Assembly: GCA_023480825.1 (NCBI GenBank)
Contig: JAMCWQ010000034.1
Span: 1 to 52,927, forward strand
Length of the DNA stretch: 52,927 nt
Reading direction: 5' to 3'
DNA from: Chloroflexota bacterium
GTDB taxonomy: Bacteria > Chloroflexota > Chloroflexia > JAMCWQ01
Part shown: positions 1 to 9,108 of the stretch, piece by piece
Position numbering within the stretch: position 1 is the stretch's first letter
Layout: the number at the start of each line of letters is the position of its first letter
Notes under the pieces: generated by a model
The model's input: only the letters and a program-made list of their open reading frames with translations
The model's database searches: none
What the model was told of the DNA's origin: nothing
Position numbers and translations under genes: made by a program

Positions 1-138
1 ATGGCGAGGGTGCTGGGTGGCATGCAAGGTCCGTTAGTAGGGATAGTGAGCGTGCTGAACGGCCCCATCAGGTCGCTGGCGTACCTCTTGCAGGCGAGGG
101 CGGACCAGCTTTCCGGTCAGGAACAGCAGGCCGCATAG
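1..138 (+). CDS. rplJ: 50S ribosomal protein L10, C-terminal fragment (gene starts upstream of the window)
   Basis: Frame 1 is open from the window edge to TAG at 136-138. The tail ...GPLVGIVSVLNGPIRSLAYLLQARADQLSGQEQQAA resembles the L10 C-terminal helix. It lies directly upstream of rplL, as in the conserved rplJL operon. Confidence 0.6.
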   Translation: MARVLGGMQGPLVGIVSVLNGPIRSLAYLLQARADQLSGQEQQAA

Positions 139-172
139 GATAGTAAGAGCATAATAATGGAGGGATTTTGAG

Positions 173-559
<387 letters not shown>

Positions 560-587
560 ACTACCGACCCGGCCCCCTGACCCCCGG

Positions 588-617
588 CCCCTTCCCCCCA
601 AAACTGAGGGGAAGGGG
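588..617 (+). terminator. Perfect 10-bp GC-rich hairpin downstream of rplL (possible terminator or processing site)
   Basis: CCCCTTCCCC (588-597) pairs with GGGGAAGGGG (608-617) across a 10-nt loop, 29 nt after the rplL stop. There is no U-tract afterwards, so it is not a canonical intrinsic terminator. Confidence 0.3.
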
Positions 618-794
618 AGCCAGGGGCGATGGGGGTGGCATAATTTGTCATTGTGAACGGAGCGTTCGGCCGGCTAGGCAGACACACAATGGGAATAGTG
701 AGAGTACCGGCCAGGCAGCCTGTAGGTTAGGTCGGGGAGCGAAGTGATCCTTCCGGGGAAGGACTAGTTCCAGGTTGTCTAGCCACCAGGTACT

Positions 795-863
795 AGATTC
801 TTCGGGCTCTCTTGTTACTGGATAGTGTTCTTAAGTCGGGTAGAACGGGCCCTAAGAATGACA
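795..863. repeat. Degenerate copy of the GTCATTC...GAATGAC palindromic repeat family
   Basis: The left arm agATTCTTCGGGCtc and right arm GGGCCCTAAGAATGACA resemble the arms of the perfect copy at 29486-29556 (CGTCATTCTTCGGGCCCGCC / GGCGGGCCCGAAGAATGACG). Confidence 0.35.
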
Positions 864-892
864 GCGAGTTTTCAAAACTCGCCTGAGTTCTC

Positions 893-921
893 TTGACAAA
901 CGCGCAGCGTTAGGTTATATT
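893..921 (+). promoter_or_regulatory. Near-consensus sigma70-type promoter
   Basis: TTGACA (893-898), a 17-nt spacer, then TATATT (916-921). The predicted +1 is about 928. A palindrome GCGAGTT-ttcaa-AACTCGC (864-882) lies just upstream. Confidence 0.5.
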
Positions 922-927
922 TGAAAT

Positions 928-1380
928 TGCCCCGAGGGGTTGACGAGCTAGTCAGCCGGCAGGGCAACCGGAGTTGTTCCGGTCCGACGAGCGGTGCGGA
1001 GCCGTAAGGCAGATCGGCCGTAAGCCGAGGGAAAGAAGCCGTAAGGTTTCGGAGAGATCGGTAATCTGAGGCGAGCCAGGCCCTTCATCCGAAGGAAGCG
1101 GTGGACCACCAGGGAGTTGGGCAGAGAACGTGAGCGGAGGGTTTTCCCTCATTGCTCCGCCGGTTGTTCCTAAAGGAGTTCCTAGTTCGAAGGTTTCTCG
1201 GGGCACTTCGCGTCCAGCGAATGTGAACCTTTGTTGCCTCCCGCTGTAGGGGCACACGGCCGTGTGCCCGCCGGGGGTTGAGGAGGTGGGTATCTGCTAA
1301 GGGGGCCGGCTGATCTTTCTTCGAAGGACGAAATCCGCAGCGTGAAAGGGCATTAGAGAAGGCATCCCCCGCCGGCGCTG
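928..1380 (+). ncRNA. Candidate structured non-coding RNA of unknown class; the best-supported core domain is 928-1205
   Basis: It starts at the predicted +1 of the 893-921 promoter. TGCCCCGAG (928-936) is perfectly complementary to CTCGGGGCA (1197-1205). There are several GUAA-capped hairpins (1001-1010, 1015-1027, 1039-1046), a GAGGG-tttt-CCCTC hairpin, and a GGGCACACGG/CCGTGTGCCC palindrome (1250-1269). No + strand ORF of 60 aa or more lies between 601 and 1544. Confidence 0.35.
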
Positions 1381-1409
1381 TTGCGGGCCTGGCACCCATC
1401 TGTTATAAT
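1381..1409 (+). promoter_or_regulatory. Promoter for tRNA-Pro with an extended -10
   Basis: TTGCGG (1381-1386), a 17-nt spacer, TG at 1401-1402, then TATAAT (1404-1409). It ends 11 nt before the tRNA 5' end. Confidence 0.45.
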
Positions 1410-1420
1410 ACAAGTCGATC

Positions 1421-1497
<77 letters not shown>

Positions 1498-1544
1498 GAT
1501 TAGTAGAGAGCCCTCCAAAGAAGGGCTCTCTGCGTTTGCAGTAG

Positions 1545-1835
1545 TTGTTGAAGACAGGCGAGGTTGTTATGGAAGCCCCGGAAAGTGCCAAGGAAAGAAT
1601 ACATAGCCTAGTCGAACAATTGCCCGAGAGCCAACTCGATGCTGCTGAACGTGTGCTGGCCTACTTGAAAGTGCGTGGCGAAGACCACTTGCTGCAGGCA
1701 CTGGTGGAGGCTCCAGAGGATGATGAGATTGCCGGCGCGGAGGAAGACCGCGCTGCCGATGAAGCGTGGGCGGAGTATTGCCGCGGCGAAGGTCGAACCT
1801 GGGAAGATGTGCGGCGGGAACTAGCCGATGAGTGA
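1545..1835 (+). CDS. Putative antitoxin of a type II TA pair; the likely true start is ATG 1569
   Basis: This small acidic protein overlaps the downstream RelE/ParE-like gene by 8 nt (1828-1835). A GAGG SD precedes ATG 1569. No recognisable DNA-binding motif was seen by eye. Confidence 0.6.
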   Translation: MLKTGEVVMEAPESAKERIHSLVEQLPESQLDAAERVLAYLKVRGEDHLLQALVEAPEDDEIAGAEEDRAADEAWAEYCRGEGRTWEDVRRELADE

Positions 1836-2100
1836 ATCGCCTACTTGGCGAGTTATTATCACTCCAAGGGCCGAGAAAGAACTGAAGCACTTGGATCCCT
1901 GTGACCAAGCGCGTGTGAGAAGAGCCTTGGACTCCTTTGTGAGTGGACCTGGTCGTGTCGACATCAAGAAGTTGAGAAATAGGGGAGATGAGTGGCGCCT
2001 GAGAGTGGGCGACTGGCGCATCCGTTTCCGAATGGACTACCAAGCTCGCACTATAGTTGTGTTGCACATTCTGCCCCGTGGAACTGCCTATCGCGATTAG
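1828..2100 (+). CDS. RelE/ParE family type II toxin
   Basis: The 90 aa product carries the family signature ...DEWRLRVGDWRIRFRMDYQARTIVVLHILPRGTAYR. It overlaps the upstream small ORF in typical TA architecture. Confidence 0.85.
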   Translation: MSESPTWRVIITPRAEKELKHLDPCDQARVRRALDSFVSGPGRVDIKKLRNRGDEWRLRVGDWRIRFRMDYQARTIVVLHILPRGTAYRD

Positions 2101-2111
2101 ACGCAACGACT

Positions 2112-2163
2112 CACCTGAATGGGGTTCAGGTGGTCGGAGGTTCAAATCCTCTCGTCCCGACCA
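2112..2163 (+). pseudogene. Orphan 3' half of tRNA-Pro (right copy of the direct repeat; attR-like), ending in CCA
   Basis: It is identical to 1446-1496 except for one base. It has no acceptor 5' strand or D arm upstream, so it cannot form a tRNA. Confidence 0.85.
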
Positions 2164-2176
2164 GACAAGCGGGGCA

Positions 2177-3916
2177 CTAGTATTCCAGATAAGCACCTTT
2201 CATTGCTGATGAGGCTCTATCGGTGTATTTCTTATAAACTCCCTTTCTTGGCTCAAATTTCGGAAGCATCCAATGAGACTTCCGGTCTGCGAACGTCTCT
2301 TCCACCTCACTTTGACCACAGCGCCTCCCTGCAATGCCCACCACGTTTAGTCTACGGTTAGCCACGTCCAACTCAATTAAGTCTCCATCTTCCACAAGCG
2401 CTATCGGTCCACCAATGGCAGCTTCTGGTGATATGTGCCCGACAGCAGGACCTCTGGTAGCTCCAGAGAACCGCCCATCAGTTAACAACACTGTTGACCC
2501 GGCCAGTCTGCTATCACACAACATTGCTTCTGTGGTCATGACCATTTCCGGCATGCCTGAACCTCGTGGTCCCTCGTACCGGATAATCAGAACGTCGCCG
2601 GGATTTACTCGATCTCCAACTACACAATAATAGCAATCTTCTTCGGAGTTGAAGACCCTTGCCGGCCCGACGTGGTATCTCATGTCCTCTGCTACGGCGG
2701 CGTACTTAATGACTGCACCTTCAGGGGCTATATTCCCTTTTAACACCGCAATTGAGCCCATTTCTTTTGTTGATTCCAGAGGCCTAATCACCTGCTCGCG
2801 TCTTAATTCATAGTTGCGAAGATACCCTTCAACTCTCTCAAAGAAACCATCATTCTTGACGTCCTGAAGATTCTCCCTTAGAGTCTTTCCGGTTACAGTC
2901 ATCACATCAAGGTTTAGAAAATCCCTGAGCAACCACTCCACCATTGGAATACCTCCGGCGAACCACAAGGCTTCTGTAGGGTACTCGCCACTGGGATAGA
3001 TATTGCCAATATGGGGAATCTTGTGATTTAGCTCATCGAACTTCTCCGGCCTCAATTCAATCCCCAGTTCATGAGCAACTGCTGGCAAATGAAGCATTGC
3101 ATTTGTAGATCCACCTATAGCAGCATGTACCACTACTGCATTATGGAAAGCGTCCGGAGTGAGAATATGTTTTGCCGTAATTCCCTTGTTTACCAACTCC
3201 ATTATCTGTCTTCCTGCTCTTCTTGACGATGCTACGATGTCGCGCATCGTTGCCGGAGCAAGAGCGCTGCCAGGTAATGCTAAACCCAGCGCTTCGGACA
3301 TGCATTGCATTGTGCTTGCTGTGCCCAAGAACTGGCAGGATCCCACTGATGGGCACCCTGTAAGTTTAAAATCTCGAACCTCTTGGGGTGTTATTGCATC
3401 TTTCTTCTTTTCTCTTAGTGAGATGTCTCCTGCTTTCACAGAGGTCGACATGTCCGGTCCAGGCCTCATACTCCCGCCTGGAACGAAGACTGTTGGCAGA
3501 TCCAGGCGAGCTGCTGCCATAAGATGAGCTGGAATCGATTTATCACATGAAGAAATCAAAACCAACCCATCCCATCCGACAAATGATCCATGGATTTCGA
3601 CGATGTCCGCAATCGCATCCCTCGAAGCTAGCACAAAATTCATTCCATTATGCCCTTGCGCACATCCGTCGCAAACATCCGTAACGTGATATTCAGCCGG
3701 CCGTCCTCCTTCTTCATATACTCCGATGCTCACCTGATTACTCAATCCCATAAGATGAGCACTTCCAGGATGACTATCACCAAACACGTCATCAATGAGT
3801 ATCTGCGGCTTTCCTAAGTCTTCCTCATCCCAGCCCATCCCCATCTGGAGAGCATCAAATTGTGCCCAGAGCTTACGTTGCGAGGTGCTTCTTGGTATCG
3901 TCAAACCGTCTTCCAT
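2177..3916 (-). CDS. IlvD/Edd family dehydratase (dihydroxy-acid or sugar-acid dehydratase)
   Basis: The 579 aa product has family motifs: ...[34 protein letters not shown]..., ...[13 protein letters not shown]... and ...[23 protein letters not shown].... Substrate specificity cannot be decided from sequence by eye. Confidence 0.85.
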   Translation of the reverse strand: MEDGLTIPRSTSQRKLWAQFDALQMGMGWDEEDLGKPQILIDDVFGDSHPGSAHLMGLSNQVSIGVYEEGGRPAEYHVTDVCDGCAQGHNGMNFVLASRDAIADIVEIHGSFVGWDGLVLISSCDKSIPAHLMAAARLDLPTVFVPGGSMRPGPDMSTSVKAGDISLREKKKDAITPQEVRDFKLTGCPSVGSCQFLGTASTMQCMSEALGLALPGSALAPATMRDIVASSRRAGRQIMELVNKGITAKHILTPDAFHNAVVVHAAIGGSTNAMLHLPAVAHELGIELRPEKFDELNHKIPHIGNIYPSGEYPTEALWFAGGIPMVEWLLRDFLNLDVMTVTGKTLRENLQDVKNDGFFERVEGYLRNYELRREQVIRPLESTKEMGSIAVLKGNIAPEGAVIKYAAVAEDMRYHVGPARVFNSEEDCYYCVVGDRVNPGDVLIIRYEGPRGSGMPEMVMTTEAMLCDSRLAGSTVLLTDGRFSGATRGPAVGHISPEAAIGGPIALVEDGDLIELDVANRRLNVVGIAGRRCGQSEVEETFADRKSHWMLPKFEPRKGVYKKYTDRASSAMKGAYLEY

Positions 3917-4197
3917 GATAGATCGAACTCCCTTGATTACTCGGCTTAATACAAGCCTCTGCTAATTGTAGATTCCGTTTGAAATGTGACCCATCTTTTC
4001 GCCTGAAGATTGACCCATCACTCAAGTTGGCAGGCCGGGCCGATGTCACAATTCTATAGCAGCCGGCGCCACCCTTCCAAGCTTGTCTTTGGGGCGATAG
4101 CTGGGGACATTGATGGCGAAGACCTGGCTGTAGTGTAGTGGTTTGATCCCTTGGCCTGGCAAACGTTAGGCTGTTACCCCTCAGGTTTGTTGGCGTG

Positions 4198-4971
4198 TCA
4201 GTACACCTCCGGCCGGCCTTGGGCGCCGTCGACGGGGATGTTGGCGCCGTTGATCCAGTTGGCTTTCTCGGAGAGGACGAATACCACCACGCTGGCCACC
4301 TCGTCGGTGGTGCCGAGACGTCCCCACGGGAATTCCCGCCGCTCGAACTCGGCGAAGACTTCGGGATTCTCCGCCCGGTAGCGGTCCCAACCACCACCCG
4401 GCTCCATTATGGACCCCGGACTGACGGTGTTGACCCGGATTCTCTTGGGCGCCAGCTCTAAGGCCAAAGCGCCGGAAAGGAAGATCTCGGCGGCCTTGGC
4501 AGCGCCGTACTGGGCCCAAGGCGAGGGCTTCCAACCGGAGATGGAGGCGATAACGGCCACACTACCTCCACCGCGGCGCTCCATGAAGGGCACAGCCGCC
4601 CGGATGGCCCGCACCGCGTGGAAGATGTTCAGCTCAAAGGTGCGCAGCCAGTCTTCCGGAGTCGCCTCCAGCAGACCGCCGCCGACGGATCCGCCCACAT
4701 TGGCCACCAGGAGGTCAACGCCACCCAGCGCCGCGGCGCTCTCGTCCACGAAGCGCTCGACTTCGCCCGGAGCTGTCACATCGGCCGTAACGCCGTGCGC
4801 CCGCACGCCGGTCTCCCGTAGCTCCGCTACCACACGGTCGAGCTTCTCCGCGGTCCGCCCGCAGATGGCGGTGTGGCACCCCTCCTGCGCCAGTTGGCGG
4901 GTTATGGCCAGGCCGATGCCCGCGCTGCCACCGGTCACCAGCGCCACTTTGTCTCTAAGTCCCAGGTCCAT
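4198..4971 (-). CDS. Short-chain dehydrogenase/reductase (SDR) family oxidoreductase
   Basis: It has the Rossmann motif VTGGSAGIGLA and the catalytic YGAAKAA (YxxxK). The start is set at the ATG preceded by GGAGGT (MDLGLRDKVALVTGG...). Confidence 0.88.
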   Translation of the reverse strand: MDLGLRDKVALVTGGSAGIGLAITRQLAQEGCHTAICGRTAEKLDRVVAELRETGVRAHGVTADVTAPGEVERFVDESAAALGGVDLLVANVGGSVGGGLLEATPEDWLRTFELNIFHAVRAIRAAVPFMERRGGGSVAVIASISGWKPSPWAQYGAAKAAEIFLSGALALELAPKRIRVNTVSPGSIMEPGGGWDRYRAENPEVFAEFERREFPWGRLGTTDEVASVVVFVLSEKANWINGANIPVDGAQGRPEVY

Positions 4972-5044
4972 GGTGCACCTCCACTTCGACCACAATATCC
5001 CGCTAATACTATTCTACGTTGTGTGCCTCACAGTGATTATATTC

Positions 5045-5704
5045 TCAGATTTCTTTTCTTGTGTATATCGAATCCGATACCAGCACGGAAATCGCCAGCA
5101 GTAGCAACCCGCCCACAATGCCGATTATCGGCAATAGGTACATGTTGTCAGCGAAGAATTTGACAAATTGGCTCAATTCATTCAAATAGTTCGTCTTGCG
5201 GGTAAGGAGCATGAACCCAAGCAAAATCAGGTACATGGGCAGCATTGCAAAGGGGCTAGCCTTTGCGAAGCCGAACTTGAAATAAATCGGGTAAGCAACG
5301 CCCACTGCGAAGCCATAATAGACAAACGCAAACGCCAGTGCGATCCAAAATGTAACTGGGTCTAAGCTTACATTGAGAACACCTGCAATAACCCAGGAAA
5401 GCACACCCGCAACCACGAGGCTGAACACGCCGATGACCAGCGCGTACAGATACCTGCCCATGATCATCTCATCTCTTTTCAGCGGCAGGATACCGTACAG
5501 TTTGTCGCTGTGATTTTTCTCCTGCGCAGAGAAAACCGTCCCGCCCAAGTATGTGACGAATATCATTACAAACGGCATGGTGAATGCCGGCTGCTTCATC
5601 GCCGCCGCGATGACGATTACGAGCATGAACATGAGAGCCGACAGCTTCAAGGTTGATCTGGCCGTGTAGAAATCGAGTTTTGTCGCATTCAGAATTCTAT
5701 TCAT
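5045..5704 (-). CDS. ABC-2-type integral membrane permease
   Basis: The protein is multi-pass and hydrophobic. Its start MNRIL overlaps the ATPase stop by 8 nt (ATGAATAG). It is the third gene of a GntR/ATPase/permease operon. Confidence 0.65.
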   Translation of the reverse strand: MNRILNATKLDFYTARSTLKLSALMFMLVIVIAAAMKQPAFTMPFVMIFVTYLGGTVFSAQEKNHSDKLYGILPLKRDEMIMGRYLYALVIGVFSLVVAGVLSWVIAGVLNVSLDPVTFWIALAFAFVYYGFAVGVAYPIYFKFGFAKASPFAMLPMYLILLGFMLLTRKTNYLNELSQFVKFFADNMYLLPIIGIVGGLLLLAISVLVSDSIYTRKEI

Positions 5705-6560
5705 GATTTGCTTGCCTCTTGCTGATGTAGACCAAGATTTCATCAATGTCCGGTTCCTCCGTCACAATGCCGCCCGGCAACCCTTGCATCTCTGAAACCG
5801 GCAGCATTCCGGTAAATCCCGTGGATGTGACCGACAGGCCTATGAACTTCCTTTTCAGCGGGTCGGTCAAATCCGCTTTGGTTCCTTTGATCATGCGGAA
5901 ATGCTCCAACAGGCCATCCTTTGTTCCGGTGTAGAATATCTTGCCGTGGTCGATCACGGTGATGTAGTCGGCGATCCGCTCCAAATCGGACGTGATGTGC
6001 GTGGAAAAGAACACACTCTTTTCCCCGTCCGCGACGTACTCCCGCAGAATATCAAGTAGTTCGTCGCGAGCAACCGGGTCAAGGCCGCTGGTCGGCTCGT
6101 CCAGAATCAGCAGCTTCGCGCCGTGGGACATCGCCACCGCCAGCATGAGCTTCAGTTTCATGCCTCGCGATAATTCTTTCACCTGTTTGTCAGGCGAAAG
6201 ATCAAAAGATTTGAGATAATCGTAGTACAGCTTGCTGTCCCATTCACTGTAAAAACCCTTTATAACTTTCTCCACTTCGCGCAGACGCCACGAGTCGACA
6301 AAGAAGATTTCGTCGAACACGGCGGCCAGTTCCTGCTTGACCACGAGTTCATCGCGCACATTGTCTAACCCGAAGATTTTTATCTCGCCGCCAGTCCTCG
6401 CAGCCATGTTCAGGATGCAACGGATCGTAGTTGTTTTGCCCGCGCCGTTCTGTCCGACAAAACCCATAATGTGTCCGGCGGGTAATGAAAAGGATATGGA
6501 ATCCAGCGTAAAATCGGGATAGGTCTTATGGAGGTTCTGTACCTCCAGAGCATTACTCAT
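5697..6560 (-). CDS. ABC transporter ATP-binding protein
   Basis: It has Walker A GQNGAGKTT, the signature LSRGMKLKL and Walker B LLILDEPTSGLD. The start MSNALEVQNL is preceded by GGAGGA and overlaps the GntR stop (ATGAGTAA). Confidence 0.92.
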   Translation of the reverse strand: MSNALEVQNLHKTYPDFTLDSISFSLPAGHIMGFVGQNGAGKTTTIRCILNMAARTGGEIKIFGLDNVRDELVVKQELAAVFDEIFFVDSWRLREVEKVIKGFYSEWDSKLYYDYLKSFDLSPDKQVKELSRGMKLKLMLAVAMSHGAKLLILDEPTSGLDPVARDELLDILREYVADGEKSVFFSTHITSDLERIADYITVIDHGKIFYTGTKDGLLEHFRMIKGTKADLTDPLKRKFIGLSVTSTGFTGMLPVSEMQGLPGGIVTEEPDIDEILVYISKRQANHE

Positions 6561-6936
6561 ACTTATTTTCCTCCAATGTAAATTCAAATAGTCTTCGAAA
6601 TTCTTCACGCGGCAGTTTCGCAATCCGGGCGGCGTTTATCGCGGCATTGAAGCCGTACTCAATTTTGCGGAGAAGCTGCTCGCGTATCAGGTCGCTGTCT
6701 TTCGGGGCAACATAACAGCCTTTGCCCTGTACGTTGACGATATAGCCCTCCTGTTCAAGCTCGGTGTATGCCCGCGTAGTCGTAATGACGCTGACCTTCA
6801 GATCTGCGGCGAGCTGGCGGATGGATGGCAATACATCGCCTTCATTCATTTCACCGTTCAGAATAGCCTCTTTGACCTGCTCCTTGATCTGCTCATAAAT
6901 CGGCATTTCGGACGAGTTCTTGATGATGATCGTCAA
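6553..6936 (-). CDS. GntR family transcriptional regulator, YtrA-like short form
   Basis: The 127 aa product has a winged-HTH: PIYEQIKEQVKEAILNGEMNEGDVLPSIRQLAADLKVSVITTTRAYTELEQEGYI. It is the first gene of the operon. Confidence 0.88.
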   Translation of the reverse strand: MTIIIKNSSEMPIYEQIKEQVKEAILNGEMNEGDVLPSIRQLAADLKVSVITTTRAYTELEQEGYIVNVQGKGCYVAPKDSDLIREQLLRKIEYGFNAAINAARIAKLPREEFRRLFEFTLEENKYE

Positions 6937-7047
6937 TTTCTACTCACCTCCGTGTCATTTGAGCTTATCTCGTAAATGGTGTATGTACTGTATAGCCAAC
7001 AGGATAACACTTAATGCGCAACACTTCAAGATGAGTGAATACGGCCC

Positions 7048-7076
7048 TTGACACCCCCCTGTTCCTTGACCATAAT
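7048..7076 (+). promoter_or_regulatory. Sigma70-type promoter upstream of the 7160 gene
   Basis: TTGACA (7048-7053), a 17-nt spacer, then CATAAT (7071-7076). Confidence 0.4.
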
Positions 7077-7159
7077 AGGCGCTGTCTCTCAGCACTGCCG
7101 AGGCCAATGGCCGGCCGGGAGCCTGCCGGCTGCCAGGGCCCCGAACGCAGTGAGAGAAA

Positions 7160-8668
7160 ATGGGCTTGAACGCCGCGACCATCCGCCAACGCAGCAGGAG
7201 GAAAAGCGTGCGAAAGTTACTCCTTGTCCTCACGGCAGTATCTATCCTGGCGACCCTTGTTCCGATGCTCCCCGCCAGTGCGTTCGCCGCAACGCCCACT
7301 TTCGCCGATCAGGCGTTCAAGAACGTGTGGGATCGCACGGATTACCTTGTTTCCCTGAATGCAGTGGAAAGGTCGTGGTATTGGGGGCCAACCCCTCTAT
7401 TCCAGTCGCAAGAGCGGTATGGGCCGAATGCAGGCGACAGCCGCCTCGTGCAGTATTTCGACAAGTCGCGCATGGAGATCAACAATCCCGCCGGCGACCG
7501 GAGCAGCCAGTGGTTCGTCACCAATGGCCTGCTGGTGAAGGAGTTGATTTCCGGGCAAATGCAGATCAGCGACAGCCAATTCGAAGCGCGAACCCCCGCG
7601 GATATTCCGGTGGCGGGGGATCCGCGGAATGTCAATCCGAACGCGCCCTCCTATGCGGCTCTGGCTGGCGTGGCGTCCCTGCAGAACGACAAGCGGGCCG
7701 CCAACCGGGTGGGCCAGGTGGTAGACGAGACCATCGGCCCGGACGGTAAGACGGGCGAGAACGCCAATCTGGGACTGTACGCCGGCACGAAGATCGCGCA
7801 ATACGATGACCATCTGGGTCACAACATCCCCCAAGCCTTCTGGGACTTCATGACTTCGAATGGCTCTGTGCTAGTGAATGGCCAGGTGAGAAATGAAACA
7901 CTCATAGACTGGGTGTTCGTGATGGGATATCCGATCACCGAGCCCTATTGGGCGCGTGTCGTGGTTGGGGGACGCGAGCGGGACGTCATGATTCAGGCGT
8001 TCGAGCGCCGGGTGCTCACGTATACCCCGTCCAATGCGGTCAGTTGGCAAGTGGAGATGGGAAACGTGGGCCAGCACTATTACAACTGGCGCTACAATTC
8101 CGCGACCCTGACCGTTGATCCCGCCTCCGCCAAGGCAGGAACCCCCTTTGCCTTCACGGCGCGGGGGTTCGGGGCCGGGGAGCAGCTTAGCGCCTCATTG
8201 TCCGCTCCCGACAAGACGGTGTTCGGGAGCCCGTGGCAGGTGAAAGCCGATGGCTCCGGCCAGGCTGTTCTCTACTTCTGGTCGCCCAAGAGCACCCAGC
8301 CGGGGAAGTGGAAGATGACCGTGCAGGGCGCTACCACCGGACGGAAGGGTGTGGCCAGTTTCACGGTTGAGCAAGCAGATGTAGGATCGGTGTCCCTAAC
8401 GGTTCAGCCCGGTTCTGGCCCGAAAGGAACGCGATTTGATTTCACCGGCTCAGGCTTTGCGGCTGGAGAGCTGGTGAGCGTCTGGCTGACCGGCCCGGAT
8501 GGAGCCACTCAAGGGTCATTGGGCCAGTATGCGGCCGGAGACGATGGGAAAGTGACGTTCAAGTTCAAATCGGGAGCCAACTCCCAGGTGGGAAGCTGGA
8601 CGGCGCGAGCGAAAGGGGTTACGAGCGGCCGCTCCGCCGACGCCCAGTTTACTATCACTGGCAACTGA
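7160..8668 (+). CDS. Secreted hypothetical protein with two C-terminal Ig-like repeats
   Basis: The N-terminal signal peptide is (K/R-rich)-LLLVLTAVSILATLVPMLPASAFA. Two repeats of about 90 aa are present: LTVDPASAKAGTPFAFTARGFGAGEQLS... and LTVQPGSGPKGTRFDFTGSGFAAGELVS.... Confidence 0.75.
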   Translation: MGLNAATIRQRSRRKSVRKLLLVLTAVSILATLVPMLPASAFAATPTFADQAFKNVWDRTDYLVSLNAVERSWYWGPTPLFQSQERYGPNAGDSRLVQYFDKSRMEINNPAGDRSSQWFVTNGLLVKELISGQMQISDSQFEARTPADIPVAGDPRNVNPNAPSYAALAGVASLQNDKRAANRVGQVVDETIGPDGKTGENANLGLYAGTKIAQYDDHLGHNIPQAFWDFMTSNGSVLVNGQVRNETLIDWVFVMGYPITEPYWARVVVGGRERDVMIQAFERRVLTYTPSNAVSWQVEMGNVGQHYYNWRYNSATLTVDPASAKAGTPFAFTARGFGAGEQLSASLSAPDKTVFGSPWQVKADGSGQAVLYFWSPKSTQPGKWKMTVQGATTGRKGVASFTVEQADVGSVSLTVQPGSGPKGTRFDFTGSGFAAGELVSVWLTGPDGATQGSLGQYAAGDDGKVTFKFKSGANSQVGSWTARAKGVTSGRSADAQFTITGN

Positions 8669-8832
8669 GCAGGGTCTTGGTACGAATCCTGCTATAGGCC
8701 GAAATGACTAGTCGGGATGCTCACCCCTGATGATGGAGCGGGCGGTCGTTTGATAGACTCCTACTCCGGGTCGGCGCCCCTCTAGGGCTTTGGTTGGTAC
8801 GGTCTATGATGGGCTCAGTGAGAGGTGGAAAC

Positions 8833-9072
8833 ATGGCTCCCTTGTACAATGAGGACGGGGAAATGCTTTTCGTTGCCGGTGACGAGGCGCCGGCGGGTCA
8901 TTATGTCAGAGTGGATGTGGCGCAGTCGCGTGAAGTGTTGCTCAAGGCACGTGATTTCCTGCCCGCAAGCCACGACGGACACGTAGCGGTATACCGCCGC
9001 GTGGATAAGAATTGGCTGGCGATACTCGGGGCGAGTGAGCAAAGGGAACCAGGGGCCGCTGCCGGCCTCTAA
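8833..9072 (+). CDS. Hypothetical small protein
   Basis: ATG 8833 is preceded by GAGGTGGA. An equally long antisense ORF exists, so coding status is uncertain. Confidence 0.35.
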   Translation: MAPLYNEDGEMLFVAGDEAPAGHYVRVDVAQSREVLLKARDFLPASHDGHVAVYRRVDKNWLAILGASEQREPGAAAGL

Positions 9073-9108
9073 ACCTGCGGGTCCACAACTCAAATAGGGG
9101 GAGTTTGC

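Noticed and set aside
928-1400. Identity of the candidate ncRNA as RNase P RNA, tmRNA or SRP RNA
   Set aside because: I looked for the RNase P P4 motifs (GAGGAAAGUCC / ACAGAAnCCGGCUUA), a tmRNA tRNA-like end plus tag ORF, and the SRP domain IV GGAA-loop context (GGUCCGGAAGGAAGCAGC). None is present. Only weak partial resemblances occur (GAGGGAAAGAAGCC, UCCGAAGGAAGCGG).
2112-2163. A second functional tRNA-Pro gene
   Set aside because: Only the anticodon-stem-to-3'-end portion is present. The upstream sequence cannot form the acceptor 5' strand or D arm.
4409-5104. 231 aa plus-strand ORF
   Set aside because: It is antisense to the SDR gene. The product is Ser/Pro/Ala/Arg-rich low complexity with no SD.
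7048-7749. 233 aa plus-strand ORF overlapping the secreted-protein gene in another frame
   Set aside because: The product is Arg/Gly/Pro-rich. The alternative frame (7160-8668) has a signal peptide and a repeat-domain architecture.
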